Under the pieces are notes generated by a model. That model was not told the DNA's origin. It ran no database searches and saw only the letters and a program-made list of their open reading frames with translations. DNA of 46,631 nt, counting the filler, from Catajapyx aquilonaris (Eukaryota): the NCBI GenBank assembly GCA_000934665.2. It is 2 parts of 2 records of this genome, joined end to end, with 100 filler letters (N's around TTAATTAATTAA, not from the genome) between each part and the next. Parts side by side here need not be neighbours in the genome. Positions count along the whole stretch, not along the records: positions 23,975 to 46,631 come from JYFJ02005851.1; 1 more part is not named here. The stretch is one strand, 5' to 3'. Position numbers and translations under genes: made by a program. Shown one piece after another: positions 34,698-46,631 of this stretch (position 1 is the first letter of the stretch; each line of letters begins with the position of its first letter).

Positions 34698-36821
34698 TAC
34701 TTGTATAAATAATATTATTCCCCCCGGTTTGATTGAAAACAGTTTCCTCAAATTCTGGCATTGTGAAAAATCACTCTTTAACTTACACACGGTATTTCTG
34801 TTTTAGAGGAAAACCCATTAAGTGAAAAGGCACTAATATTGAACCAAAATCTACCAAAAAAATATTTCATGATGCGAGCGCGACACGGTTCGTATATAGT
34901 TCGTCCCCCAAGTTTGATCTCAGGATAATGTGAGTGACAGTATATTACAGAGTGTCCGCATGCTTTGACTATCCATGATTCTCTTTGAGGTAAGGTAGGC
35001 AACTACAGCAGGTTATAATACAAAAAGTAGGCATATACCTCTTTGTGTATAATAAATCCCTAGTAATGTGCTGCATCAACTTGTAATCATATATAAGATT
35101 TAGGCTCCAGCGATTAATAGTTGAATACAAATAACTCACAGGAATGTTAAGAAATATATATTTTATACTGCTTGGACCCACGATTGGTATCCAAATGGTC
35201 TCAGCAAAGATATTACTTAACATTTAGAAGCGAAGCGAGAAGGTAATGAGTTACCAGAAGCTAAGGACCGGTATGTGAAACCAAATGAGAATCTAATATT
35301 GCCCTAGTATTTCTCTAATTGCATATCTCTAATTTTACAAGTGTGCCCTTGGAGGCCTAAATATAAGTTTCGAAATGGGAGACCAAAAAATTTGCGTTTG
35401 GTTTTAAAATAACAAGCATAACTCGATAACGGGTGTAATGTGCCCGCCAGCCTTTGCTCACTACGCCATACTGCATAGGTCAACCCACAATTGCATTGCC
35501 TAAAAAATACTGTAATTTCATTGATCATTCACGCCATTTAATACAAATCCATCAGCAGAATTCATTTATTCGTGCGCACTGCACACTATAGGATATAATT
35601 AACTTCCAAACGCAGTGATATATACAGTATAGCGCATTCAATATTATGAAAGATTTGACCATTGAGTCTCTGACCTGTACTGTACAATATAATTTATAGG
35701 CCTACATTTATAAGAAACAACGCGACAGCCAATAAATGAACAGGGCTAAGTTTGTATTTTCTCTATATCAGACGTAACTACAACGTAATGGAAATGTGAT
35801 TATTACTCGCATTTCGAATCACTCCAATATCCGGCCCTTCAATTAGCTCACGTAAGCTACCAGTACTTTTATTGGAAGCTTCCTAATTAATAGCACTGCT
35901 CTTAATGATTTGTAAACATATCCAATTCTATACTACAACCTAATGCCGGTCTTTCAATAAGAATGTTCGATTTAACCTGTCAGTTAACTGATAGTTTACA
36001 CTGATAGTTTATTGATAGTTTGCACATAATCTGCTTTTGTCCCCCTTAATAAAATAAATTAATATGAAGACCTGATAAGTAAAACCATTATTAGGCATAA
36101 TTGCCTGATTTCGGTATAGTAGCCCACTGTTTGAAGATTGTGATGATTTTTATGAATATTTATCGAGAGGGAATCAGAAATCTGACCTGACACCAGAAAT
36201 CACCTTTCAACAATGCCTAACTCAATCCGACCAAAACGTTGAGTCTAACAATATACCACTATAGTATAGCGCTATCCTGGAAGGCGTCCCACCTGCGCCA
36301 GAAGGAGCTAAATTTTTCTGGGTGCGGATGGGTGTAAAATTAATCTGCAATTTGTATTCGAGGGAGCGGAGTAAGGAGGCTGGGCGGCACTCCTTGAGTC
36401 CGGATCTGTTACCATGACGACGTATCGTGCGTCAAGTGGGGCGCGATGGGGGACTGAGTTTGAGGCAAAGCGGCGGCGGCGCGTTCATATCCACATCACA
36501 GCCTAGGATCGCTTCTCATTTGCACACCCTCCCTCCTACCCTCCCTGAAACCCCCCCCCCCCCCCAACTCTCCCACTTTCCGGATGACCTTTCTGAGAAA
36601 GATCCATGTGCAGTGAATCCTGTTTCTGCGGGGTTGCAGGGGGTTGAGGTGGAGAGGGGGAGAAACCCGGTCCCGGATTGCAGCGCACGTTTCCGGGACG
36701 CCGAGGCAATCTTGGGCCGTCTCCGGGGACGCCAGTGGGAAGCGGCGCTTAGGAGCCAATCTCATCAGGCGACGCCGCCCCATTCTCCGCGTGGATGCTC
36801 CCGTCAAATGCCGACGCCACC

Positions 36822-36854
<33 letters not shown>

Positions 36855-37291
36855 CCCCCCCCGCCCCCCGCCTCTTCTTCCCACCCGCCCACCTTACCCT
36901 ACGCCCTCCACCCTCTTACACCCACTCCAGACACTGGGTGCCACAAAAGGAAGACTGCAGACTGCCAGACTACTAGGATGGCCATGACATCCAGAGGCGA
37001 AGGCTCCAAGTCTGAAGGAGTTTCGCTGATATGTGGAAATTGGCATCCTAGATTGTAATGTGCCCCCATCCCCATCCCTTGTAATCCCCATCCTTACCCC
37101 ATATCCTTTCATACTTGCACCGGAGTCAGAAGAAAAATTACGGAAAAATTGAAGGATGGTGGTATTCCATCCCCTAAAAGGACCTATGGCCCTATCACGG
37201 GATAACGTTAAAAAAAAATATTGTCATGTGCGTAAAAGTGTAGGGCAGGGAAGCTAGTACCTACTGGTGTAATAGAATTGCTGTAGAAGTA

Positions 37292-37584
37292 CAGTGTTGG
37301 ACATTAATCGCGTCATACTGCTTGCGACATTTCTGATGCGGCAGAAGTGCAAATCGAGGTGATAAGAGTGTGAGCCGTGCGAGTAAGAAGAGGTAGGCCC
37401 AGGGTAGGCCTTGAGTGACGTCACCGGCTGGGGGGCAATTGAGAAAAGGATTGTCCCCAGCCAGTGAAGTCACCAAGGGCTACCACTTTTCACTCGCACT
37501 GCTCGCACTCTATCACCTCGATTTGCACGTCTGTCGCATCGGAAAATGTCGCTATCAGTATGACGGAATTAATGTCCAGCACTG
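37292..37584. mobile_element. Tc1-type foldback MITE (293 bp)
   Basis: TA|CAGTGTTGGACATTAAT ... ATTAATGTCCAGCACTG|TA; imperfect IR extends almost to the centre. Confidence 0.85.
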
Positions 37585-40523
37585 TACACATATCCAGTAG
37601 AATACTTAACAATCATTCGATGAAAATTGCCTTGAAATGTTTCTTACATTTTTCTGTCCAGCAGTCAACACACCTTATTCCCGTCGCTTGCTTTGTATCC
37701 GTAGAATATACTGTACTGTACATGGCTCCTAAATAAATGAAAAAGTTCGTTTCAAAAGGGTCCGTTCTTCTCACGAGTTACATGGGGGTAACAAATGGAC
37801 GAAACGGAAGCGAAGGTTCCATTTGTACGGACAAATATCCATGGGATGACACTTGGAAGTGACAATGAGAAATGGAAGTACAGAAGGAAGGTTTGAGAGC
37901 CCCTTATTGACTCCCCCTCAGCTCTTTTGTCACCTTCCAACCACGGCTCGTAATAATACTTTCATCAGTTTCACAAAGGGCGAGGCCCTCTGTGTGAGAG
38001 AATTTCTTTCCTTTCGACTGCCCCAACCCATATACGCCTGTATGCATCAAGATTGCGGGATGCATGGAAGGCAATACAAAAAAAAAAAAAAAAAAACGGG
38101 CAAGAATCATACGAGTGTTTATCTTGTTTCTGGTGCCACCTTAGGGAATAGCACACAGATGAACTCATTTCTTGCCAATTCGAAAAGCTTCCAGGGCGAG
38201 ATTACTGTTTCTCTTCGCTTGAAATGCTGCCGTAATACTACAGAAACCAACTTATTGGATGCATTAAGGAGGTAATAAAGGTTATGGCGACCAAAAATAT
38301 TCATTCTATGCGCCGAACTTTCCGACTTTGTTTGTGCAGGCAATCTCAAAGACTATTCGGGCCCATTTCCATGTAGGCTACGGGGTTCACTGACGATGCC
38401 TCCTTGATGACTCTCACAAGAAGGGGGGCCACTAACTTATAACGTATAACATATCCATAGCAGAAACTGAGCCTGTGCTTGTGGCAAACTTTGCATCAAA
38501 TTTTGTCTGGGAAAGGCTAATTTTTCTTTAGAACGGAAATATAGCTGTATTTGTTATACGGTACCTGTAGTTCAGTAGTTCTCTTTTCGCATTCAACTTT
38601 TCTATAGTATACAGAAGGTACAAGTCCACTTTCATGATGTGTAATTTAATTTTAAAATTCTTCAGAGTTTTGTTGTCATATATTTTCAGTTGTACTGTAA
38701 TTATGCATGAATACTACGGAATAACGCATTGTGAAGTTCCAGGAAAAATAATACAGCCTTATACGAGTAATAAATTATTGCGAAGCGAACAGCGCTTATA
38801 CGATCCACAAGAATGAGTGTCACAAAAATGACATAAAATACCTCCGCGCCAGTAAAATTACGGATAAAATTTATTAATACAGTATGTTAGCAAATGAGGA
38901 ATTTTCACCACAATAGAACAATAATTACAATTTGGATAGATGGTGGGAAATGTTTGCTGATAGAGATTGTTGCACTTCTGAGCTTTTACAAAAACCGAAA
39001 ATGTCGGAGTGAGTGAAAAATGATCGATTTACAAATTATGCGTCTTCTCCTCCCCTTCCAACCTGTAAGACTTGTAATTAAGAGATATAGATTCATTTGG
39101 CATTAATGTTTTCTAATGTTTATTAATTCTGCTGCATGAATATGCAATTCGTCCTAGGACGAGAATGTAATATGCTGTGCAAAATGAGGGAATGAAAATG
39201 TTACGCGTATTGGAAGTGTATACAGTATAGAAGATTATTTTAAGAGAGGTAAAAAATGCTTAGCCTTCGTACAGTTGTATGACGTTAGAAATACTATATG
39301 AAGTGCATGACTTCAATTATCGGAGAATATATCACCCATTATTTTTATCGAAAAAGATACTGGGATCAAATTTTGAACCATGAACACTGGGAATTGAACA
39401 GTAATGAAGAAACTAATGTAATTGTACAGTATACCTTGTGACTTCCACACGAGAATACATCATGTACAGTAATGTAGCCAATTGAACAAAGGTAATAATT
39501 CAACCTACCGCATATCCAAAAGCTGTTTCCCTACTTTAAACTTAATAATAATTGAACACCTGAAACACCAAATGTCGACGAAACCTCCTAGTCTTCCAGG
39601 TAATTTCAACCAAAATGCCACCTGTTCAGAGTCAGATAAACCCCTTTCTCCCTAAAAATCCATTGGAAAATCCCTGTAGCAGTAGAGTCAGCAAGCTCCT
39701 TGCGATTGACGCCCTGCATGCCTTCTCCCCAGCAATCTCACCCACCTCCCCTCCTCTCTCCTTCCCCCCCCCCTGCCTCCCCCTCTGGAGCGGGGTCCCC
39801 GCCCAATTTGCTTATGCAGCCAAGATAATCTGGGCCTTTCACCGCTCAGCCGTGAACCAATCGAGCCAGTGCTCGGGCGTCGACGTGCCCCCCATTTGGT
39901 GGCGACCAGGGTCCCAGCCCATGAATAGCAAGCGAGGCACGGGCAGGCAGGCAGCCAGCCAGCCAAGCCAGTAAGCCAGCCAACAAGCCAGTCGGCCTAC
40001 CCATGCTCCTCTTCCTCCTGAAGGCCCGCAACCGACCACAACTCTCCAGGACAGCGTGCATGCTAACCTCCAGGGGATATGGTCCACTATCGCAACANAA
40101 CTCAGGCGCCAACCGCCTATTCCCGCTACACCATAGTTGCGCTGCTCATAGCGAGATGTAAGATATACCTGGCCAAATTGGGTTTGCCATTTCCATTAGG
40201 ACTCCAGAGGTGTTGGTGTTTATACTGTATACAAACAGTGATCATGATATCTGTTAAATAGCTTCTTGCAGTCTTATATTATATTGTGTGAAGCCATCCC
40301 ATACTGTATACATGACGGGAGGTATGCCTGCTAAAGGGTCAGTCAATGAAGTTCGATGTCAATTATTATAATGTGCCATTTACAATCGGAAATTAATTGC
40401 AATTTAGAGATTACATGGGTGATTTGGCTCGGACTATTATTTATTGTTTCCATCAACCATTAATAATTTCCTTTTAACCCTAGATAGATCATTCAATGGT
40501 TCAACAGGGCATTAGTCTCCAAC

Positions 40524-40720
40524 AGCGGTTCTTAACCTGGGGTGCCCGCACCCCCAGGTGGTGCGAGGTGGCTCCCGTGGGGGTGTGAGCAAGGTGCACC
40601 TCTGGACTTACTAGTAGCTTGCTAGTCGTCTAACTATCACCCCTGGTATAGGGGGTACGACAAGGACCAACTGTCTACAAAGGGGTGTGGATGCCCCCTG
40701 GTCCGGCTACAAGTAACTTA
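40524..40720. mobile_element. hAT (Charlie-like) MITE left end, partial
   Basis: CAGCGGTTCTTAACCTGGGG terminus followed by GGGGTG(C/T)G subterminal motifs. Confidence 0.45.
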
Positions 40721-42709
40721 CAAAGAATACCGTATCTATAAATGATCGCATTTCTGCACACATTAACATGAAAATCGATGTTCCACAAATTCACACAGTA
40801 GTAGCAATATAACAACGACAACAACAACAATATGGTAACGTAGCTACTTATTGATGTGGTGTCGAATAGTTTTTGTTGTTGTCCCCGCTGGGAACTTTGT
40901 AATCTAGTAATATTATTGGTGTGCGAATCATGCATTTCATTTACAGACTTCATTGCATTTGCAAAATTGAAAAGATTATCGTGTGCAAAATAGTTCACAA
41001 CACGAATTGGCGGAACCAGCACCCCGTCAAAACTATTCCGATAATAAACTAAAATCAGTTAAATAACCCCCATGCACTGATTTCCTTCCATCAACCATTC
41101 AGTTACAAACTGGTCACTACCCTATCTCAGCCCCCNNNNCCCCCCCAGCCCCTGCCATTCCTCCCATCCAACCCCGCACATAGAGGCAAAAAGCCACTAA
41201 TTATTCAGGCCCACCCAATACATGCGCACAGCTTAATTCATTATTTCAGTTTGCGGTGATAAATCGATACGTGCCGTCCAATAACTGCGTTCCCTTAATG
41301 GAAGAGACATGTAGCAAATGCAGCAGATTGGACCGGACCTGATGGAGAGGGACTAGGTCGCAATCAGAACTGTGGCTCCACCCCACATCTATTTTTTTCC
41401 AGAAAAAAATGACAAAATATATACAATATAAAAAAAAAAACTAAAGAGGGGCTAGGGGTAGCCCCAAAAACCGGTGGACTAATTGTCGGATTGCATGACC
41501 CCCCAACTTTTTGGGCTTATTAGACCTACTCAATCAGTGAAGAGGAGTTGGCAGGACGGTATTTTGGAGAGACCCCCTGTTTAATTTGGCTGCCAGGATT
41601 CCAGACCACCCATCTTACTCCAGGGGTCGCCCAATCGTTGTTCGATAGGTGTATACGCTAGCATGTTCCAACAATGCAGTTACCCCCTTTTAAGGCCACT
41701 AATGGTGAGATGTCGTGGCCCCGGCCGTGGGACAGATGGCCACAAGGCACGGCACCCCCACCTAGGAACAGAAAACCCAACCCAAATCCCACACCTTGTT
41801 GTTGTTATTGTTTCCCCCTCCCCACCTACCCCCCCCCCCCAACCCTTACCATCTCCCCCCATCTAGCTCTCCAAAGCATTTCATCGTCTGATTGCCGCTC
41901 GACATGCCAAGAGAACGCTGGGGGAGGGGGGGGGGGAGTGTAAGGTATAAAAAACAAAACAAAAAAAAGTTGAGGGCCAAACCCACTTCCGTTGGACGGT
42001 GCCTTAATTCGCATCTGGGCAGTTTGATCACATTCAGAGATATACACGAGTTGCATAGAGGCATGTATGAGCAGCATTCATCATGTTATACAAGCACGCT
42101 GGACTGTATAATAATTATATGTTTTTGCAAAGAAAGGGTAATTTTTTGACATAAAATAAATAGATAAGATCCAGAGCCACATTTGGTCCATATGTATACC
42201 TACGTCGTAGAACCCGCCAATCATATTTTTCGTGGCGTTTTTATTTTAACCGACTCGAAGGCATTCACAGAATATTAAATATTTTCTCTACCGTGTTTAT
42301 ATGAGGCAATTAGCCAACCGAATGTACTGTAGGCTACATATGGTCTGACCATTTGGAATATTCGTGCAGTTTACAAAATTAATGTGTGAAGATCTGAAAT
42401 GCAGAACGATCATAATCACATACGACGGATTTCTAGATAATTATGTCAGTGTTTGAAAAACAGTTGCTTTATCCCGTATACCTTACTGGATAAATACTTT
42501 TCAGTGAATTTTCAAGACATCACTTGCTGTATCAGAAAACTTATTTACCCACTATATTCGTTTGTTTTTATTTGTTTTTATTTGTTTTTACCCCGTGATA
42601 GGCCTACATGGGCCCTGTTGGGGGGTGGTACACCACCATCAATTTTCTTGTATTTTTCTTTCTTTCCTCCACTGCAAGGGGACAGAATAGGGATAATGAG
42701 GGGGGGGGG

Positions 42710-42910
42710 GGACACTAATCGGGAGGTCCTGGGTTCGAATCCCGGGGCCGACGACNCCCCCCCAGGACAATTCCGGGGTCGTTTCCGTAAAAAATAGGCC
42801 ACAGCAGCTTCCTTCCCTATCCCTGGTCCCATCCAATGGTGGTAATCCACCCCCCTAAGGGAGCCAAAGGCTCTAGCACGGGGTATGAAATAAATAAAAT
42901 AATAAATAAA
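42710..42910 (+). mobile_element. tRNA-derived SINE with a 3' stem-loop and (AAAT)n tail
   Basis: B box GGTTCGAATCC; body CCAGGACAATTCCGG..TAGGCCACAGCAGCTTCC shared with 44770-44917; tail CCCCTAAGGGAGCCAAAGGCTCTAGCACGGGGTA followed by an A-rich repeat. Confidence 0.7.
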
Positions 42911-43859
42911 TATAGTAATGAAGAACAAGTTGCCTTTCACTATCAATCACGCAATCGTACTGTCAAAACATATTTCCATGAAACATATCCTGTCCTATAT
43001 GACGAGCTGATGGTTGTATTGTAGAGAATGCGTTTGACAGAATTTTTTAACGCGTAGTACTATACCTCAGCCATATCACGATATGCAACTTTTCCGCTCT
43101 AAGAATGATTTCAATTATTTCAGTAAATCTTACGAACGCTATTTCTAATTAGCCTCTAGAGAGTTTGCAAACTTTCAAGGTTCCGTGTCTTTTGAGTAGA
43201 CTAAGTTAAGCGTGTAGTTGCCATCTCGTGATGATGATGAAACTAAAACTGTACGGGCAATACCAGTCTCATTTCATCATTTCAGTTTGTAGCCGGCATA
43301 TAATTAAGCGTCACATTCCCACCCTGCAATTAATAACACGGCAAAATTTTTTACTCTCCTCAAGAAATGTTACGCAGCAACGATATTTTGTAGATCAGTG
43401 CTCAGAATGTAGGAATTATGAACAACGCACGTGGCCCAAAGTTTGTGGAATCTCACCATCCACCTAAACCTAAAAAATATTTTGGGAAAATAAACACAGT
43501 TATGTAGTCTAAGTTGTCACGTTACGAATTCATACTGTAGCCTATGTCTCATAATTATAATTATCAACTCCATCTAAAATTGAGGTCCTCGTCATCAAAA
43601 GATGTCAATTTGGGTCTGGGAAAGAAAATACTGTTGTCCGATAATAATTCTTGGAAACACTGTTACCACTCGGCACCCCAGGTTGCCAGGACTGAATGCG
43701 GATAGGTGCTTTTAGAGTCAGCCCTGGGGAACCCTATATACATTTGTGAAGTATTCGCAGCAGTATGTGCGGAGCAGTGCCTGTTCAAAATGTACCCATT
43801 TACGTGAGCGCCCTAAGACAGTGGACAGGCGACGGATCTACATGAAATTGGCCAGGAAA

Positions 43860-44340
43860 ATTGGACAGCAACATCAATACCATAATTGCAACATCATCTC
43901 CGCCCAGAAATTCGTCTTAAGTGGAAGGATTTGTTGCAGAGGGGACCCATGTGTCTTCCACGACAATGCTCGCTTCCATGTGGCTATTGCTGTTCGGAAA
44001 CTTCTTCAGAAATGGGAATGGGAGCTGTTGGAACATCCTCCTTAATTGACCTGGCATGAGTACATGTGACCACAATCAAATCTAAAAATGAAGAACCCAT
44101 ATGCGACTTTCGCTTCTGTACGAGGGAAGCATGCCTTATAGGGCGACTCTGCATGACGCCTCCACAAAAGATGCTGCTGACAGTGATTGAAGCTTTCCAT
44201 GGATATGGAATAATGTAATAAAAATAGCTGGGGACTACACCGTCCTAGAGGTAATGTGAAATGTTCATGTGTACCCATATACTGATACGAAAATTACAGC
44301 AGTGTTGCCAATTAATTATCTTATACGACCCACTATTAAG
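43860..44340 (+). pseudogene. Decayed mariner transposase C-terminal remnant
   Basis: FHDNARFHVAIAVRKLLQKWEWELLEHPP* matches the mariner HDNARPH..WEVLPHPPYSPDL region; downstream KMKNP..RF and W..VI..GDY fragments; stops and frameshifts. Confidence 0.8.
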
Positions 44341-44769
44341 ATAAACAAGCTTTGGACCATAACAAGGAAATAACCAGGATAACAACTAGATAATCGTCTT
44401 GAACATGAAACCGGCCTTCACAGGAGAGAGCAGAGGAAAAGCATGCAGCGAATGGTGGTGGGGAGTGTGGGGTACAGCGGATGCTGGTCGCGATAGGAAA
44501 TAAAAAGCTCAAGTCTGAAAAACAAGCACTTATGTTGGACTCACTGCGCAATCGACGTGGGAGTGGGAAGTACACTATACGTGATATCGCGTGTCACATT
44601 TTACACATGTATCTGCGCCCGGATGTAGTGTATAATTCCGTAATATAATATATTAAGTTTGCATGACAGGCAAGGAATAAAGACGGTCAATTAAAAGATG
44701 ATCCCCCTAAGAGGCCCAAGGAGGCCTATCACGAGGTATCACCGAAGCAGTTGGGAGGAGGGGATATGG

Positions 44770-44917
44770 TGTCCGACTACTAATCGGGAGGTCCTGGGAT
44801 CAAATCCCGGGTCCGGCAACTCTGACCGTGGTTTTCTGTGGTTTCCCATGGTCCTTCCAGGAAAATTCCGGAGTTGCTTCCGTAATTAATAGGCCACAGC
44901 CACTTCCGTCCCTATCC

Positions 44918-44962
<45 letters not shown>
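44770..44962 (+). mobile_element. tRNA-derived SINE ending in (TAT)n
   Basis: ACTAATCGGGAGGTCCTGGG(A/T)TC(A/G)AATCCCGGG shared with the 42710 copy; GGTTTTCTGTGGTTTCCC body; (TAT)n at 44918-44962. Confidence 0.7.
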
Positions 44963-45934
44963 GAACAGTTTTCATATTGGTTCTATGGTGTACATTGCCT
45001 ACGTTGTGTGTGGTTGTTTTTCTTTCATGGCTGTTTTTTTTACGTAAGCCCACATTAGAGCAGCATCGTGGTGGGAAATTGCACTGCGCTGTTCCGGCTA
45101 AACGGATAACTTAGATAATCCATGTTATGTCCACGTCATGAATACACGCCAGCCTGGAACTTTCCCCCTCCAGCTGTATCTCAAACGCCAGGTTTAAAAA
45201 GCTCTTATTGAATTCTTAACACTTTTATTTGATCAAAGGGCCTTAAAACTAAAGGCAACGGATTTCTTAGAGTGAACAGACACGCCTCCCCGGGCGAACC
45301 AATGGGGTCGCCTGTATGACCGTGCGTCACAGTGAGGTTGCCAGGTGAAATATAATAAATGTAATTGACTGTGTATTTTAAAAAGGAATTCGACCGATAT
45401 CAATTATTTGGTTCTGACATAATTTATGAACACTAAATCATTATTTAGAATAGCGTTATTAGTTACTAACGCGAAAAATTAAAATCAGCAACGTTGCCAC
45501 ATGGGGACTACTTTCAAGGCGAGAGACAAAAGAGCATCGGGATCCGTGCCCGCGTAATTTCGAAGCATTGTTCGAATCTAAGGCAACGGTGTTCGAATCT
45601 CTTCTTTTCACTTCTTTTCGGCGCGCATAAGCACCATCGGAATAAGGTGTCCGGCTCTGGCGGAGGGATACATGTTGTTATGGTGCCAAAGTGGTGGGGG
45701 GGAGGAGAGAAGTTTGTTTGGGGGCTGGGCCATGGGCCCAGCAGTTCACTCTAAGAAATCCATTGCCTTTAGTATACTGTGTATAAAAAGTAAACACGCC
45801 CTTACCAAAATTTGACATTGCCACGAGCTCGCAGTGAGGTCGTGTGGACCCTGCAACCTCGTATGGAGCTCGCAATCACATCGTGCCACCTCGCAGACCG
45901 GATTACTGAACAAATGATCAACACTTTCACCTCC

Positions 45935-46270
45935 AGCTCGTGGAAAGTGACCTCGCCGCGAGCTTGCGTTTCACGACGTGTACCTTGCGACCTCGCCCGA
46001 TGGTCGCAAAACACGACGTCTCCGCGAGCTCGTGGAAAGTGACCTCGCCGCGAGCTCGCATTTCACGACGTGTACCTTGCGACCTCGCCCGATGGTCGCA
46101 AAACACGACGTCTCCGCGAGCTCGTGGAAAGTGACCTCGCCGCGAGCTCGCGTTTCACGACGTGTACCTTGCGACCTCGCCCGATGGTCGCAAAACACGA
46201 CGTCTCCGCGAGCTCGTGGAAAGTGACCTCGCCGCGAGCTCGCGTTTCACGACCTCGCTCGTAGGTCGCA
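45935..46270. repeat. 92-bp tandem repeat, about 3.5 near-identical GC-rich copies
   Basis: AGCTCGTGGAAAGTGACCTCGCCGCGAG starts at 45935, 46027, 46119 and 46211. Confidence 0.95.
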
Positions 46271-46631
46271 AAATGCGCGAACTTATTGGCTCCTGGCAAC
46301 TTCCCGCGTCTAGATGGCGCTGCTGATCGGATTCTCGTTACAAGTCTGCTCCGATTTATCCCACAACAATGCGAATTAATTTTGGCCATTACATGTACGC
46401 AAAGGTGGCAGGAGACTCCATTGCATGCGGCTCATTTGCCCCCGACTTACTTCATTGTGACATAAATTTGCTAGAGGCGGTCGATGGCAATGCTTATGGT
46501 GCGAGCAGGACAATCCGGGGCATGGAAAGGCGGCTCGTCGCCAGGTATGGAGAGCATGTTATAAGTAGTTCATAATACAACCTATAGGCGGCGGACGACT
46601 ACCTGACGGCACGGCCGTGAACTGTTTCGAA

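Noticed and set aside
36427..36987. 186-aa ORF in a GC-rich region
   Set aside because: Low complexity, runs through C-homopolymers and a (CT)n tract, no recognisable domain; the region could be regulatory but I cannot support that.
38380..38495. Hammerhead ribozyme candidate (CTGACGA...GAAAC)
   Set aside because: Stem II is overlong, the cleavage triplet would be GUG, and stem I does not close in the correct topology.
45935..46270. CRISPR-like array or coding repeats
   Set aside because: Whole units repeat with no unique spacers; the overlapping ORFs are repeat artefacts.

Overview
Repeat-rich invertebrate (very probably arthropod) nuclear DNA. The first ~12.5 kb carry most of a + strand Fasciclin 1 orthologue. 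I can trace 12 phase-compatible exons (1500-10953, 614 codons plus stop) covering four FAS1 domains and a GPI-type hydrophobic tail, including a 24-nt frame-preserving mini-exon. The signal-peptide exon could not be confidently located. At 15699-17369 there is an intronless, compact, strongly diverged and now frame-disrupted copy of Enhancer of Polycomb (EPC). The remaining ~30 kb show no recognisable host gene and consist of non-autonomous DNA transposons (Tc1/mariner, Sola-like, piggyBac-like, Harbinger, hAT/P-like), tRNA-derived SINEs, a mariner transposase remnant, tandem arrays, microsatellites and one assembly gap. The most notable items are the divergent EPC paralogue, candidate Fas1 micro-exons, a Crypton-like insertion whose empty site is visible in a paralogous repeat copy and which carries a 290-bp palindrome, a 60-bp perfect-palindrome element with an 8-bp TSD, and an apparent excess of TA-anchored excision-footprint motifs. 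All homology calls come from recalled family motifs; no database search was run.
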